A stretch of DNA of 64,000 nt from Thermodesulfobacteriota bacterium. GTDB lineage: Bacteria; Desulfobacterota; Desulfobulbia; Desulfobulbales; SURF-16. Positions 10,048 through 19,409 of the stretch are shown here, piece after piece (the stretch's first letter is position 1; the number at the start of each line of letters is the position of its first letter). The notes below the pieces were generated by a model that saw nothing but the letters and a program-made list of their open reading frames with translations, had not been told where the DNA came from and did no database searches. A program made the translations under genes and the position numbers. The stretch lies in the NCBI GenBank assembly GCA_040755455.1, contig JBFMAY010000011.1, forward strand, positions 1-64,000, read 5' to 3'.

Positions 10048-10473
10048 ATGACAAGGAAAAAGAAGAAGAAAATCGAAAAAAAAGCCGGCAGGAGCATTAT
10101 CATTATCACTGCTGTTGCCGTTCTCATAGGGGGGATTTTCGTTTTCTGGGCGGCCAGAAAAGACATGCGCAAGGAGACAGTTCCCGACTATCTTAACGGC
10201 ATATGGATTTCCGCGGCCCCTGCCTACCATGAAAGATATCTTGAAATCAGTGACGTATCGCTGATTTTTGCCACCGGCCCGACAACGGTGACAGAATATT
10301 TCATAACCAATCTCACCACGGCAGCCCAGGGGAAAGAAATACTGTTCACCTTCGACTGCAAGGATTTAGAGAACACCACCTACCAGTTCCTTTTAACTTA
10401 CCAGCCGGACAATGGCGGAACCCTTTCTTTTAAAAACCAGCCGCAGGTCAAATGGACGAAAGAACCATCCTGA
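10048..10473 (+). CDS. hypothetical single-pass membrane-anchored protein
   Basis: basic N-terminus, one TM helix, beta-rich C-terminal domain. Confidence 0.7.
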   Translation: MTRKKKKKIEKKAGRSIIIITAVAVLIGGIFVFWAARKDMRKETVPDYLNGIWISAAPAYHERYLEISDVSLIFATGPTTVTEYFITNLTTAAQGKEILFTFDCKDLENTTYQFLLTYQPDNGGTLSFKNQPQVKWTKEPS

Positions 10474-10500
10474 AGGGCAAACGCCCGCCGGGGCAAACGC

Positions 10501-10959
10501 TTACCAGCCCCACAGCAAACTCCGCTGCACCCAGCCGATAACATCTTCCTCCTCATACCTGATCTGCACCCAGTCATCTTTCTTTTCCAGGGCCCGGAAA
10601 ACCACCCCCTGTTGGGCCTGCCGGATGAGGCGGTAATTTTCCCCAGGCCCACTGCGAATATTGGCGATCTTCGTTTTCACCACCAGATAGGCCTTTTCGC
10701 CAACCTGATCTTTCCGCACCCAGCCGGTGTCACCCTCATAATCAGTCACCTTCAGCCACTCACCCTGCCGGTCGATAACCTGCAGAGGATATCCCTGGCC
10801 AAGCTCCCATAACACCTCAAAATTGCTGCCCGGGCCGGAACGCATGTTGACCACATCGCCGACAATACTCACCATTTTTGCTTGCGCTGCCGCTACCCAG
10901 CACAAGAGAAGCAGAATGGCCAGCACAATCCCTTTCATTTCCTTGGTCACTCCTGGCAT
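10501..10959 (-). CDS. exported tandem SH3 (SH3b) domain protein
   Basis: signal peptide; two NxRSGPG...W..V....GWV repeats. Confidence 0.85.
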   Translation of the reverse strand: MPGVTKEMKGIVLAILLLLCWVAAAQAKMVSIVGDVVNMRSGPGSNFEVLWELGQGYPLQVIDRQGEWLKVTDYEGDTGWVRKDQVGEKAYLVVKTKIANIRSGPGENYRLIRQAQQGVVFRALEKKDDWVQIRYEEEDVIGWVQRSLLWGW

Positions 10960-10966
10960 AAGGCGG

Positions 10967-11863
10967 TTATGGAGTTTTATTTCCTGCGGATTGCCGCATA
11001 TCGCCGGAGCGCAGGGGGATGCCGCCCACGTTCAGTGAAATTGCGTCAAATTTGCACGCCCGATCCATGCAGGCAAGACAGGTAATGCATTCCGCATCAT
11101 CCGGTGATTCATTGAACTTGACCCCCATGGGGCACACATGGTGACACGCCTGGCAATTGGTGCATTTTGTCGTATCAAGCTGCAGTTTCACCAGGCGGGC
11201 GTGGCTGAACAGCGCATAAAACGCGCCGAGCGGGCAGGCCACCTGACAGAATGGCCGGCTGGCCATCACACTCCACCCCATAAAAAAAAGAAGAATCACC
11301 AGTTTGTTATAAAAGAGAAGGCCAATGGTCTGCCGGAGATCCGGCTGCAGCCAAAGCAATGGCAGCCCGGCCTCAAGGGTCCCGGCCGGACAGACATACT
11401 CGCAGAACCACGGCTTGCCCATGCCGAAGTCATTAACGTTAAGCAAGGGCAGGAGAATGACCAGAAAAAGCAGCATACCGTATTTGATAAAGCGCAGAGG
11501 GCGGGGCACGGCAACTTTCCACGAAGGGATTTTATGAAGCAGCTCCTGGACAAATCCGAAAGGACAGGCCCAGCCGCAGACGAGCCTGCCGAGAAAAGCC
11601 CCCACCACGCCGATGCATCCCAGCACATACCAGCCGAGATAATACTGGCCGTTTTCCAGGTTCAAGCGCATGCTCATCATCAACTGCTGCAGGGCACCCA
11701 AGGGGCAATAAGTGGTGGCGGCCGGGCAGGAGTAACAGTTCAAGCCAGGGGAGCAGACCACCTTGAGCGGCCCCTGATAGATGGTCCTGGTGACCGGGAA
11801 ACCCCAGTAGCCGTTGGTCAAAAAGGCGATAACGAGCTGGACCCACTTTCTGCCCAGTTCCAT
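10967..11863 (-). CDS. membrane 4Fe-4S binding protein (NapH/YccM-like polyferredoxin)
   Basis: PGLNCYSCP, CGWACPFG, FCEYVCPAG, CTNCQACHHVCP, CITCLAC. Confidence 0.85.
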   Translation of the reverse strand: MELGRKWVQLVIAFLTNGYWGFPVTRTIYQGPLKVVCSPGLNCYSCPAATTYCPLGALQQLMMSMRLNLENGQYYLGWYVLGCIGVVGAFLGRLVCGWACPFGFVQELLHKIPSWKVAVPRPLRFIKYGMLLFLVILLPLLNVNDFGMGKPWFCEYVCPAGTLEAGLPLLWLQPDLRQTIGLLFYNKLVILLFFMGWSVMASRPFCQVACPLGAFYALFSHARLVKLQLDTTKCTNCQACHHVCPMGVKFNESPDDAECITCLACMDRACKFDAISLNVGGIPLRSGDMRQSAGNKTP

Positions 11864-11864
11864 A

Positions 11865-12014
11865 TCAGCCGATTCCTATGCAGCTCAGGCATATCTGCCA
11901 TGACTGCTCAAGGACACGGGAGGGTTCCCCGCTGATCACTCCGGCCAGGAAGAGAATGAGAAAAAACATCAGGACAATAAAGGGAAGTTTTCGTAACGGC
12001 TTCTTTTTTTTCAT
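11865..12014 (-). CDS. small membrane protein ending in CxxC (CD1871A-like family), 49 aa; not in the ORF track
   Basis: MKKKKPLRKLPFIVLMFFLILFLAGVISGEPSRVLEQSWQICLSCIGIG; its stop lies 1 nt before the polyferredoxin start. Confidence 0.8.
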   Translation of the reverse strand: MKKKKPLRKLPFIVLMFFLILFLAGVISGEPSRVLEQSWQICLSCIGIG

Positions 12015-12038
12015 GATGTAGCACCGGGCAGGGCTCCA

Positions 12039-12335
12039 TTAAAGTCTTTTGCGCACAGCATCAATCTTATCGCCTATGGCGACATGCCGGTCCCGCCGGT
12101 CATCAATAACCATGTGGGTCACCACGCGCTGGGCCCCTTTCTGAAATGGCAGTTCATAAATTTTCGCGACCAGGGCCAGCAATTCTCCGGCCTCGCCTTC
12201 AATCAATGTTCCCATGTCGTTGAGCTGAAAATGCGCCTTCTCTTTTTCCAGGGCCCGCTGGATATCCGCAACATACGCACCGACACTGGGAGTTCCCGTT
12301 CCAAGCGGGATGATGGTGAGCTGCAACAGCGCCAT
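12039..12335 (-). CDS. MTH1187/YkoF-like thiamine-binding protein
   Basis: IIPLGTGTPSVGAYVA, MGTLIEGE, IDDRRD. Confidence 0.9.
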   Translation of the reverse strand: MALLQLTIIPLGTGTPSVGAYVADIQRALEKEKAHFQLNDMGTLIEGEAGELLALVAKIYELPFQKGAQRVVTHMVIDDRRDRHVAIGDKIDAVRKRL

Positions 12336-12376
12336 GACAAACTCCTATCTTGATCAGCTTTTGATCAGCCGTCCAG

Positions 12377-12760
12377 CTATTCGACAAAGGATCCTTCAGG
12401 AATGTTCTCCCTCAGTTCATTTTCCACCTGATCCGGATCCTCGGCGTTATAATAAATAATGTTCTTCAAATGGTAAAAGGTATCAATGTCGATTTCTTCG
12501 AAATGAACCCCAACGCCGCTGTCGCCCAGGCGAACCACCTTGCCACCCATGGTCAGCTTCAGTTCACTGCTGGCACCGGTCAGAAAAACCGCCACCTCAC
12601 ATTTTTCTCCCAGCCTGCGCCCGGCAATCCCTTCGAGATAAACACCCCTCAGGCTCAAATCTTTAATGGCAAGCCGCTCAAAGACCTCGTCGGCAAACCG
12701 GACAGTGGCAGCTGTTTGAAAAACGACTCTGGTATTTTTTCTTCTTTCCTCATTTGTCAT
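12377..12760 (-). CDS. PilZ domain protein
   Basis: ERRKNTR (RxxxR) and DLSLRG motifs. Confidence 0.9.
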   Translation of the reverse strand: MTNEERRKNTRVVFQTAATVRFADEVFERLAIKDLSLRGVYLEGIAGRRLGEKCEVAVFLTGASSELKLTMGGKVVRLGDSGVGVHFEEIDIDTFYHLKNIIYYNAEDPDQVENELRENIPEGSFVE

Positions 12761-12785
12761 GATTTTGTCCCCAAGGCAAAAATTA

Positions 12786-14078
12786 TCATACCATCGTCAG
12801 AAACCCTTCCCGCCGTAATATCGAAACAACATTCAACAGGGGCAGCGCAAGGCCCTCCTCGGAAAAACCAATACCCACGAAATCACCGTTTTTGGCATTC
12901 TTGAACTTCACCATGGTAACGGCTTCCCTTGCCACATCAGAGCAGACAATGACCCCGTTCCATTGGCCGTTTGTCACAAACACCAGCTGCGAACCATTCT
13001 CATCAGGAACATCCGCCAGCAAATGACCGGTAGGAACAATGATCGGCAAGGTAAGCTTTTTCAGTTTCTTATCAGGGATCGTTGCCAGCGACCCCTTGAA
13101 CTGCTTGCCCAGCCGCTTGAAAAAACTGCCGAAATCCCTCAGCGGCACATTGCTGTTTTTCAGATATTCCTGCACCTTGTCCTTTGTCACCTCACGAATC
13201 AGGGCAATGGCATTCTCCTGAATATAGACAAGGGATCCGGCCACGGTAATGCCGCGCAGTTCCGTGGCCGGGCAATTTTTTACCGAAGCATCTTCAGCGG
13301 CCATCGGCTGGTCAAGACCCGTTCGCTCCGCCCCGCTTGCCGGCGCCGGCTGTTGCGCTTCCCCAGTGATATCGCCAACGATATCTTCAGGAATGTCCTC
13401 GGGGATATCTTCTTCACTTCTTGGCCCAACTGCTCTTTCCCTGACATGCAGCAACTCGGTCAACAGCTGCCTGATGGTCTCACCCACATATTCGGCCCGC
13501 TCCAGGGAATTCTGCAGGTCGTGCACCAGCCGGTCCACCTCGGACCGGTCAAGGGAAAGCTCGCTCTCCCGCAGGCTAAGAACCTTCTGCCGCAACTGAT
13601 CGATATTTTCCGGCACCAGCGCATCTTCATCGAAATCATCCTCCGGCGCCTCCTGGGGTTTGGCTGCGGCATGGGGGACAGCCGCCCGGGCCGGTTCTTC
13701 CGCGGCCCCCTGGTTTTTTTCCGCCTTGATTTTTTCTTTCAGGGCATTGAAGCGGTAATAGAGACCTTTAAAAAGCTTTTCATCTTTTTCCAGATCAAAC
13801 TCGTCCGCTTCGTAAAGATTAACGATATGGGCCATTGCCTCCTTGAGAAAATCAATGGATTCAGAAGGGGTGCTTTCCCCCTTTCTTTTCACGTAATCAA
13901 GCACGCTGCCGGCCATGATCAGGATGGCGTGGGCGGCCTTTCTGCTTTTAAACCGCTGTTTCAGACAGGAAAAGGCCGACTCGAGCAGATCAATCCTTTT
14001 CTCGCTCAGCCCCCAATCCTGGGCAATAATTTCTACCTTGAGCCGCTTGATCGACTCATTAATGGACAGTTGAATCAC
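12786..14078 (-). CDS. hypothetical protein: helical N-domain, acidic linkers, probable CheW-like C-domain
   Basis: 430-aa ORF with a GTG start after GGGGGG; C-terminus GDFVGIGFSEEGLALPLLNVVSIL resembles the end of a CheW domain. Confidence 0.7.
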   Translation of the reverse strand: MIQLSINESIKRLKVEIIAQDWGLSEKRIDLLESAFSCLKQRFKSRKAAHAILIMAGSVLDYVKRKGESTPSESIDFLKEAMAHIVNLYEADEFDLEKDEKLFKGLYYRFNALKEKIKAEKNQGAAEEPARAAVPHAAAKPQEAPEDDFDEDALVPENIDQLRQKVLSLRESELSLDRSEVDRLVHDLQNSLERAEYVGETIRQLLTELLHVRERAVGPRSEEDIPEDIPEDIVGDITGEAQQPAPASGAERTGLDQPMAAEDASVKNCPATELRGITVAGSLVYIQENAIALIREVTKDKVQEYLKNSNVPLRDFGSFFKRLGKQFKGSLATIPDKKLKKLTLPIIVPTGHLLADVPDENGSQLVFVTNGQWNGVIVCSDVAREAVTMVKFKNAKNGDFVGIGFSEEGLALPLLNVVSILRREGFLTMV

Positions 14079-14229
14079 GTTTTCCCCCCTGGAAGCCGCC
14101 TGCGGAAGAGGTCATTATTTCATTGTATGTCATAATTAAATTTTGTGGTATTCTTAACAATATTTTCTCTCAGGTGCAAGAAGCAAGCACAGCAGGGAAC
14201 ATACGCACTAAAGCAGATTATACATAAAT

Positions 14230-15012
14230 ATGGCACCATATCCTAGCTTTCTCATTGCCTTTATTTTCGGAATCGTCGTCGGCAGCTTTCTCAATGTGGC
14301 GATTCTCCGTATTCCCCAGCCGGACCAGTCCGTGGTCTACCCGGCCTCCCATTGCCCGCGGTGCCTGACCCCGCTCACCTGGTATGACAATATCCCCCTG
14401 CTGAGCTTTATCATCCTCAGACGTAAATGCCGTTACTGCCACTGCCCCATTTCCTGGCAGTATCCGTTGATTGAGCTGGCGATGGGGCTCTTTTCCATGG
14501 CCTTATTATACTGTTTTCCCTTCCCCTGGCCGTTTATCGGATTTTTCCTTTTTACCGCGGCCCTGCTGGTGATCATGGTCATCGATTTCAAGCATCAGCT
14601 CATTCCCGACATCATCAGCCTGCCCGGCATCTTCCTGGGCTTTGCTTTCTCTTTTCTCAACCCATCCCTTTCCTGGAGCGATTCGGGTCTGGGCATTCTC
14701 TTTGGCGGCGGGATCCTCTTCCTCATCGCCTATGGTTACTATCTTGTCACCAAACGGGAGGGCATGGGAGGAGGAGACATCAAACTGCTGGCCATGATTG
14801 GCGCCTTTCTCGGTTACCAGTCGCTGCCTTTTGTTATTTTCAGCAGTTCCCTGCTCGGCACGGTTGCAGGCGTCGGCGCCATGCTGCAGCAGAAAAAAGG
14901 CGGGCAAACCGTCATCCCCTACGGACCTTTTCTTGCCGCCGGGGCACTCATTTATCTCTTTTTTGCCCCGCAGATCCAATTTTATTTACGATCCCTTTTA
15001 CTCCAGAACTAG
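14230..15012 (+). CDS. pilD: prepilin peptidase / N-methyltransferase
   Basis: GSFLNV, SHCPRC, CRYC, MGGGDIKL, IPYGPFL. Confidence 0.93.
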   Translation: MAPYPSFLIAFIFGIVVGSFLNVAILRIPQPDQSVVYPASHCPRCLTPLTWYDNIPLLSFIILRRKCRYCHCPISWQYPLIELAMGLFSMALLYCFPFPWPFIGFFLFTAALLVIMVIDFKHQLIPDIISLPGIFLGFAFSFLNPSLSWSDSGLGILFGGGILFLIAYGYYLVTKREGMGGGDIKLLAMIGAFLGYQSLPFVIFSSSLLGTVAGVGAMLQQKKGGQTVIPYGPFLAAGALIYLFFAPQIQFYLRSLLLQN

Positions 15013-15142
15013 CTTATGGTATTGTCTATTATTATAAAGACGCGAAACCGGCATCCGTCAATCTTTGACACCGAGACAGAACCTGCGGGGAGAGAGACTT
15101 CATGATGCGGCAAGGAAACGCCTTATTAACCCTCTTGTGCGA

Positions 15143-16144
15143 ATGAGCAACGAAACAGTTAACAATATGGAAGTCCTTTACCAATACAATTTCTCGAATA
15201 TTATCGCCCGCAGCCACAAAATGCAGGCAATTTTTCATACCATCAAAAAAATTGCCGATTTCAAAACCTCCATCCTGATCACCGGTGAATCCGGCACGGG
15301 AAAAGAGCTGATTGCCAAGGCTATTCATTACAACAGCAAGCGTCGCGACAACCCCATGATTGATGTCAACTGCGGCGGCATTCCGGAAACATTGCTGGAA
15401 AGCGAATTATTCGGTCATGTCAAAGGGGCCTTTACCGATGCCTACCGGGTCAAAAAAGGCCTTTTTGAAGAGGCGGACGGCGGCACCCTGTTTCTCGATG
15501 AAATGGGGGAACTCCCCCTGTCCCTGCAGGTGAAACTGCTGCGCGCCCTGCAGGAGGATGAAATCCGTCCTTTAGGCGACAGTAAAACCGTCAAGGTTGA
15601 CGTCCGCATCATCACGGCCACGGCCAGAAACCTTGGCGACATGGTCAACAAGGGGCTTTTCCGTGAAGATCTCTTTTACCGGATCAACGTCCTGACCATT
15701 GAGGTGCCGCCCCTGCGTGAGCGCCGGGAAGATATCCCGTTGCTGGTTGAACATTTTGTGCAGAAATACAATATCCGCCTCGGGCTCGATATCAAGGAGG
15801 TCCACCCCGACTGCCTGCAGAGACTGATGAACTACGACTGGCCCGGCAACGTCAGGGAACTGGAAAACGTGGTGGAAAGAAGCATGGTGCTGGCGGAGAA
15901 AGATGCACTGACCACCGAAATCCTTCCGCCTGAACTCTTGCGGCAAAGCAGCAACGTAGCCCGCGATGATGTGTTTTTCTGGGACGAATTTTCCATCAAG
16001 ACCAACAGCAAAAAGCTCGAAAGGCAGCTTATCACCAAGGCCCTGGCGGAAACAAAGGGCAACAAAACCAAGGCCGCCACTCTGCTGGAAATAAGCCTTC
16101 CCGCCCTGTTATACAAGATTAAGGAATATAATGTTGAAAGCTGA
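15143..16144 (+). CDS. sigma54-dependent activator (AAA+ and HTH only, no N-terminal sensor domain)
   Basis: [37 protein letters not shown], Fis-type HTH. Confidence 0.9.
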   Translation: MSNETVNNMEVLYQYNFSNIIARSHKMQAIFHTIKKIADFKTSILITGESGTGKELIAKAIHYNSKRRDNPMIDVNCGGIPETLLESELFGHVKGAFTDAYRVKKGLFEEADGGTLFLDEMGELPLSLQVKLLRALQEDEIRPLGDSKTVKVDVRIITATARNLGDMVNKGLFREDLFYRINVLTIEVPPLRERREDIPLLVEHFVQKYNIRLGLDIKEVHPDCLQRLMNYDWPGNVRELENVVERSMVLAEKDALTTEILPPELLRQSSNVARDDVFFWDEFSIKTNSKKLERQLITKALAETKGNKTKAATLLEISLPALLYKIKEYNVES

Positions 16145-16274
16145 GGCGTTCTCCCCTTCAGCAGGGAGGAATAACCTTTCATAGCCACCAGGCAATTCCT
16201 AGCCAATCATCCCACCATAATTTATTTATCTTATTTTTTTTCTTGACTTTTTTCTCTCTAAAAGCGAATTCTAG

Positions 16275-16328
16275 TTGACAAGCAGTTTGATTTTTAATAG
16301 TTTCTGCAATAACTAATAACTATTATCA
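16275..16328 (+). promoter_or_regulatory. sigma70 promoter of the cyd operon followed by a Fur/PerR-like box
   Basis: TTGACA-N17-TAGTTT; TAATAAC-T-ATTATCA at 16314-16328 matches 12/14 of the Fur 7-1-7 box. Confidence 0.55.
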
Positions 16329-16337
16329 ATTAATAAT

Positions 16338-16553
16338 ATGCTTAAACACCTTCTTCATTTCTATGCCGACGGATTCCGTGCCATGAAAACAGGCCGTAAA
16401 CTGTGGGCCATTATCTTCATCAAGCTTTTCATCATGTTCGCCATTCTCAAGGTCTTTTTTTTCCCCGATTATTTACAGACAAATTTTGCAAATGATGAGG
16501 AGAGGGCTGCCCATGTTTTCGATAACATCACCCAGCTCCCTCAAAACAAGTAA
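16338..16553 (+). CDS. DUF4492 family protein (cytochrome bd-associated)
   Basis: FYADGFRAMKTGRKLWAIIFIKLFIMFAILKVFFFPD. Confidence 0.85.
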   Translation: MLKHLLHFYADGFRAMKTGRKLWAIIFIKLFIMFAILKVFFFPDYLQTNFANDEERAAHVFDNITQLPQNK

Positions 16554-16567
16554 CAGCGGAGGTTATA

Positions 16568-18103
16568 ATGATTGAACAAATCGATCTTAGTCAGGTCAAT
16601 TGGGCCCGGGCCCAGTTTGCTCTCACCGCCATGTACCATTGGATTTTTGTCCCGCTTACCCTGGGGCTGTCCTTTCTGGTGGCATTTTTTGAGAGTATTT
16701 ACGTGCGCACGGGAAATGAAGAATGGAAACGGATCACCAAGTTCTGGATGACACTTTTCGGCATCAACTTTGCCATCGGCGTTGCCACCGGCATCATCAT
16801 GGAATTTGAGTTCGGCACCAACTGGTCAAATTATTCCTGGATGGTGGGCGATATCTTCGGTGCCCCGCTGGCGGTTGAGGGGATCTTTGCCTTTTTCCTG
16901 GAAGCCACCTTTTTTGCCGTGATGTTCTTCGGCTGGAACAGGGTTTCCAAAGGCTTTCATCTCTTCTCCACCTGGATGGTGGCCATCGGCTCCAACCTTT
17001 CCGCCCTGTGGATTCTGGTCGCCAACGGCTGGATGCAGTTTCCCACAGGCATGAAATTCAATCCGGACACGGCCCGCTTTGAAATGCACAATTTCTGGGA
17101 GGTGTTGTTCTCCCCGGTAGCCATCAGCAAGTTCACCCATGCCACCAGTTCCGGCTTTCTGCTGGCCGCCCTTTTTGTGGTAGGGATCTCGTCCTGGTAC
17201 CTGCTGAAGGATCGGCACCAGACCATGGCCAGGCGGAGCATCATCGTCGCCGCGGTTTTCGGGCTGTTTTCCGCCGCCTATGTGGGCTTCACCGGTGACG
17301 AGGCCGCCTATACCGTGGCCCAGAAACAACCAATGAAACTCGCCGCCATGGAAGGGCTTTACGATGGTCAGACCAGCGCCCCTCTCGTTGCCTTAGGCCT
17401 GATCAACAGCGCCAAGGCCCCTGGCGACAACCAGCCACCTTTTGCCTTGGAAATCAAGATTCCCGGCCTGCTGTCACTGCTGGCCAACCGCGATCCCGGC
17501 TCCTTTGTCCCAGGCATCAATGATCTGGTATTCGGCAATAAGGAACACCACGTTATCGGCGCCGCGCAAAGAATTGAGAAGGGCAAAATAGCCCTGGAAC
17601 TGCTGCGGACCTATAAGGAAGCCCGCAAAAACGGCGATCAGGCCGTTGCCGATACAGCACTGAAGGCCTTCGGCGACTATGAGAAAAACATGGGATACGG
17701 CTATCTGAACAATCCGTCCGAGGCGGTACCGCCGGTTGGTATCACATTTTATGCCTTCCATGTCATGGTGGTGACAGGGGCGATCTTCCCGCTTGTATTT
17801 CTCCTCTTTCTCTTTTTTCAGATCAGAGGCACCCTGCCCTCGCAGCGCTGGCTGCTCAATCTCGGCATTCTGTGCATTCCCCTGGGATACATATCTCAGC
17901 AGGCCGGCTGGGTACTGGCCGAGGTCGGCCGTCAACCATGGGCCATCCATGGGCTGCTGCCGGTAACAGTGGCCAACTCGAACCTCACTACCGGCACCGT
18001 GCAGACCACTTTCTTTGTTTTTCTCGGCCTCTTCACCCTGTTGCTGATTGCCGAAATAAGTATCATGCTGAAACAGATCAATATCGGACCGGAGGAAAAC
18101 TAA
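16568..18103 (+). CDS. cydA: cytochrome bd oxidase subunit I
   Basis: RAQFALTAMYHWIFVPLTLG, EFEFGTNW, QPMKLAAMEG, EVGRQPW. Confidence 0.96.
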   Translation: MIEQIDLSQVNWARAQFALTAMYHWIFVPLTLGLSFLVAFFESIYVRTGNEEWKRITKFWMTLFGINFAIGVATGIIMEFEFGTNWSNYSWMVGDIFGAPLAVEGIFAFFLEATFFAVMFFGWNRVSKGFHLFSTWMVAIGSNLSALWILVANGWMQFPTGMKFNPDTARFEMHNFWEVLFSPVAISKFTHATSSGFLLAALFVVGISSWYLLKDRHQTMARRSIIVAAVFGLFSAAYVGFTGDEAAYTVAQKQPMKLAAMEGLYDGQTSAPLVALGLINSAKAPGDNQPPFALEIKIPGLLSLLANRDPGSFVPGINDLVFGNKEHHVIGAAQRIEKGKIALELLRTYKEARKNGDQAVADTALKAFGDYEKNMGYGYLNNPSEAVPPVGITFYAFHVMVVTGAIFPLVFLLFLFFQIRGTLPSQRWLLNLGILCIPLGYISQQAGWVLAEVGRQPWAIHGLLPVTVANSNLTTGTVQTTFFVFLGLFTLLLIAEISIMLKQINIGPEEN

Positions 18104-18104
18104 A

Positions 18105-19241
18105 ATGATCGGAAATCTTGATTATTCTATCCTGCAGCACATCTGGTGGATCATTGCCTCCCTGGTTGGCTCCCTCTTTCTTTTTCTCACCTTTGTCCAG
18201 GGCGGTCAGACCCTGCTTTTCACCGTTCCCCAGGGCGACGAGGAAAAATCGCTTATCATCAATTCCCTGGGCCGCAAATGGGAGTTGACCTTCACCACCC
18301 TGGTGCTTTTCGGCGGCGCTCTTTTTGCCGCTTTTCCCAAATTTTACGCCACCAGCTTCGGCGGCGCCTACTGGGTGTGGATGCTGATCCTTTTCACCTT
18401 CATCATTCAGGCCGTCAGCTACGAATACCGCAAAAAACCGCAGAATTTTCTCGGCTCCACCACCTATGAGGCCTTTCTGTTCATCAATGGCAGTGTCGGT
18501 ATTCTGCTTATCGGCGCAGCGGTCGGCACCTTTTTCACCGGTTCAAGCTTCTCGCTCAACGATTACAACCAGGTCACCTGGCAGACGCCATACCGGGGCC
18601 TCGAAGCGGCGAAAAATCTTTTCAATCTTTCCCTCGGCCTTTTTCTGGTTTTCAATGCCAGAGTGCTGGGCGCCATGTACCTGATCAACAACATTGACCA
18701 CCAGCCGCTGACCGACCGCTGCCGGAAATCGGCCTGGAAGAGTTTTCTCTGGTCCCTGCCCTTCCTGCTCTATGTACTAATCAACCTGCTGGTTATGCAA
18801 GGTTACGCCCGCAACCCGGAAACCGGGGAGATCTTCCTGCAGAACGGCAAGTACTTGCAAAACCTGTTCGGCTGTCCCGTCACCCTGGTGCTGCTGCTGC
18901 TCGGTCTGCTGCTTGTTATTTACGCGGTGGCCGTCACCAGTTTCAAGGGTAAAAACAACGGCATCTGGTACGGAGGTATCGGCACCGTCCTGGTCGGTCT
19001 GTCCGTTTTTTTCCTGGCCGGCTTCAACAATACGGCCTTTTACCCGTCAAGCTTTGATCTGCAAAGCAGTCTGACCATCTACAATGCATCGAGCAGCCAT
19101 TATACGCTGACCGCCATGACCTATGTGGCCCTGGCGGTACCCTTTGTCGTTGCCTATATTGCCTATGTGTGGAGACAGATGGACAGCAAGCGGCTCACCA
19201 TTGCCGAGCTGAAAAGCGAAAATGCGGATGAGATGTATTAA
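18105..19241 (+). CDS. cydB: cytochrome bd oxidase subunit II
   Basis: follows cydA; GRKWELTFTTLVLFGGALFAAFP, SLTIYNASSS. Confidence 0.94.
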   Translation: MIGNLDYSILQHIWWIIASLVGSLFLFLTFVQGGQTLLFTVPQGDEEKSLIINSLGRKWELTFTTLVLFGGALFAAFPKFYATSFGGAYWVWMLILFTFIIQAVSYEYRKKPQNFLGSTTYEAFLFINGSVGILLIGAAVGTFFTGSSFSLNDYNQVTWQTPYRGLEAAKNLFNLSLGLFLVFNARVLGAMYLINNIDHQPLTDRCRKSAWKSFLWSLPFLLYVLINLLVMQGYARNPETGEIFLQNGKYLQNLFGCPVTLVLLLLGLLLVIYAVAVTSFKGKNNGIWYGGIGTVLVGLSVFFLAGFNNTAFYPSSFDLQSSLTIYNASSSHYTLTAMTYVALAVPFVVAYIAYVWRQMDSKRLTIAELKSENADEMY

Positions 19242-19409
19242 TTCTAATTCGCTTTCAAGTTGAGACTAATAATTTGCATTATTCACCATAATTAAAAAAC
19301 ATTTATCGTTTGAATCAGCTCATCTTGAAAGCTTAATGGAATAATAAGCACCCATGTCAGGGATCATGCACGAAGAAATGACGCACTTTATCCATAAAGG
19401 AGAATAACG

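Noticed and set aside
12963..14135. 390-aa plus-strand ORF
   Set aside because: Antisense to the 430-aa gene, which has the more protein-like composition and an RBS
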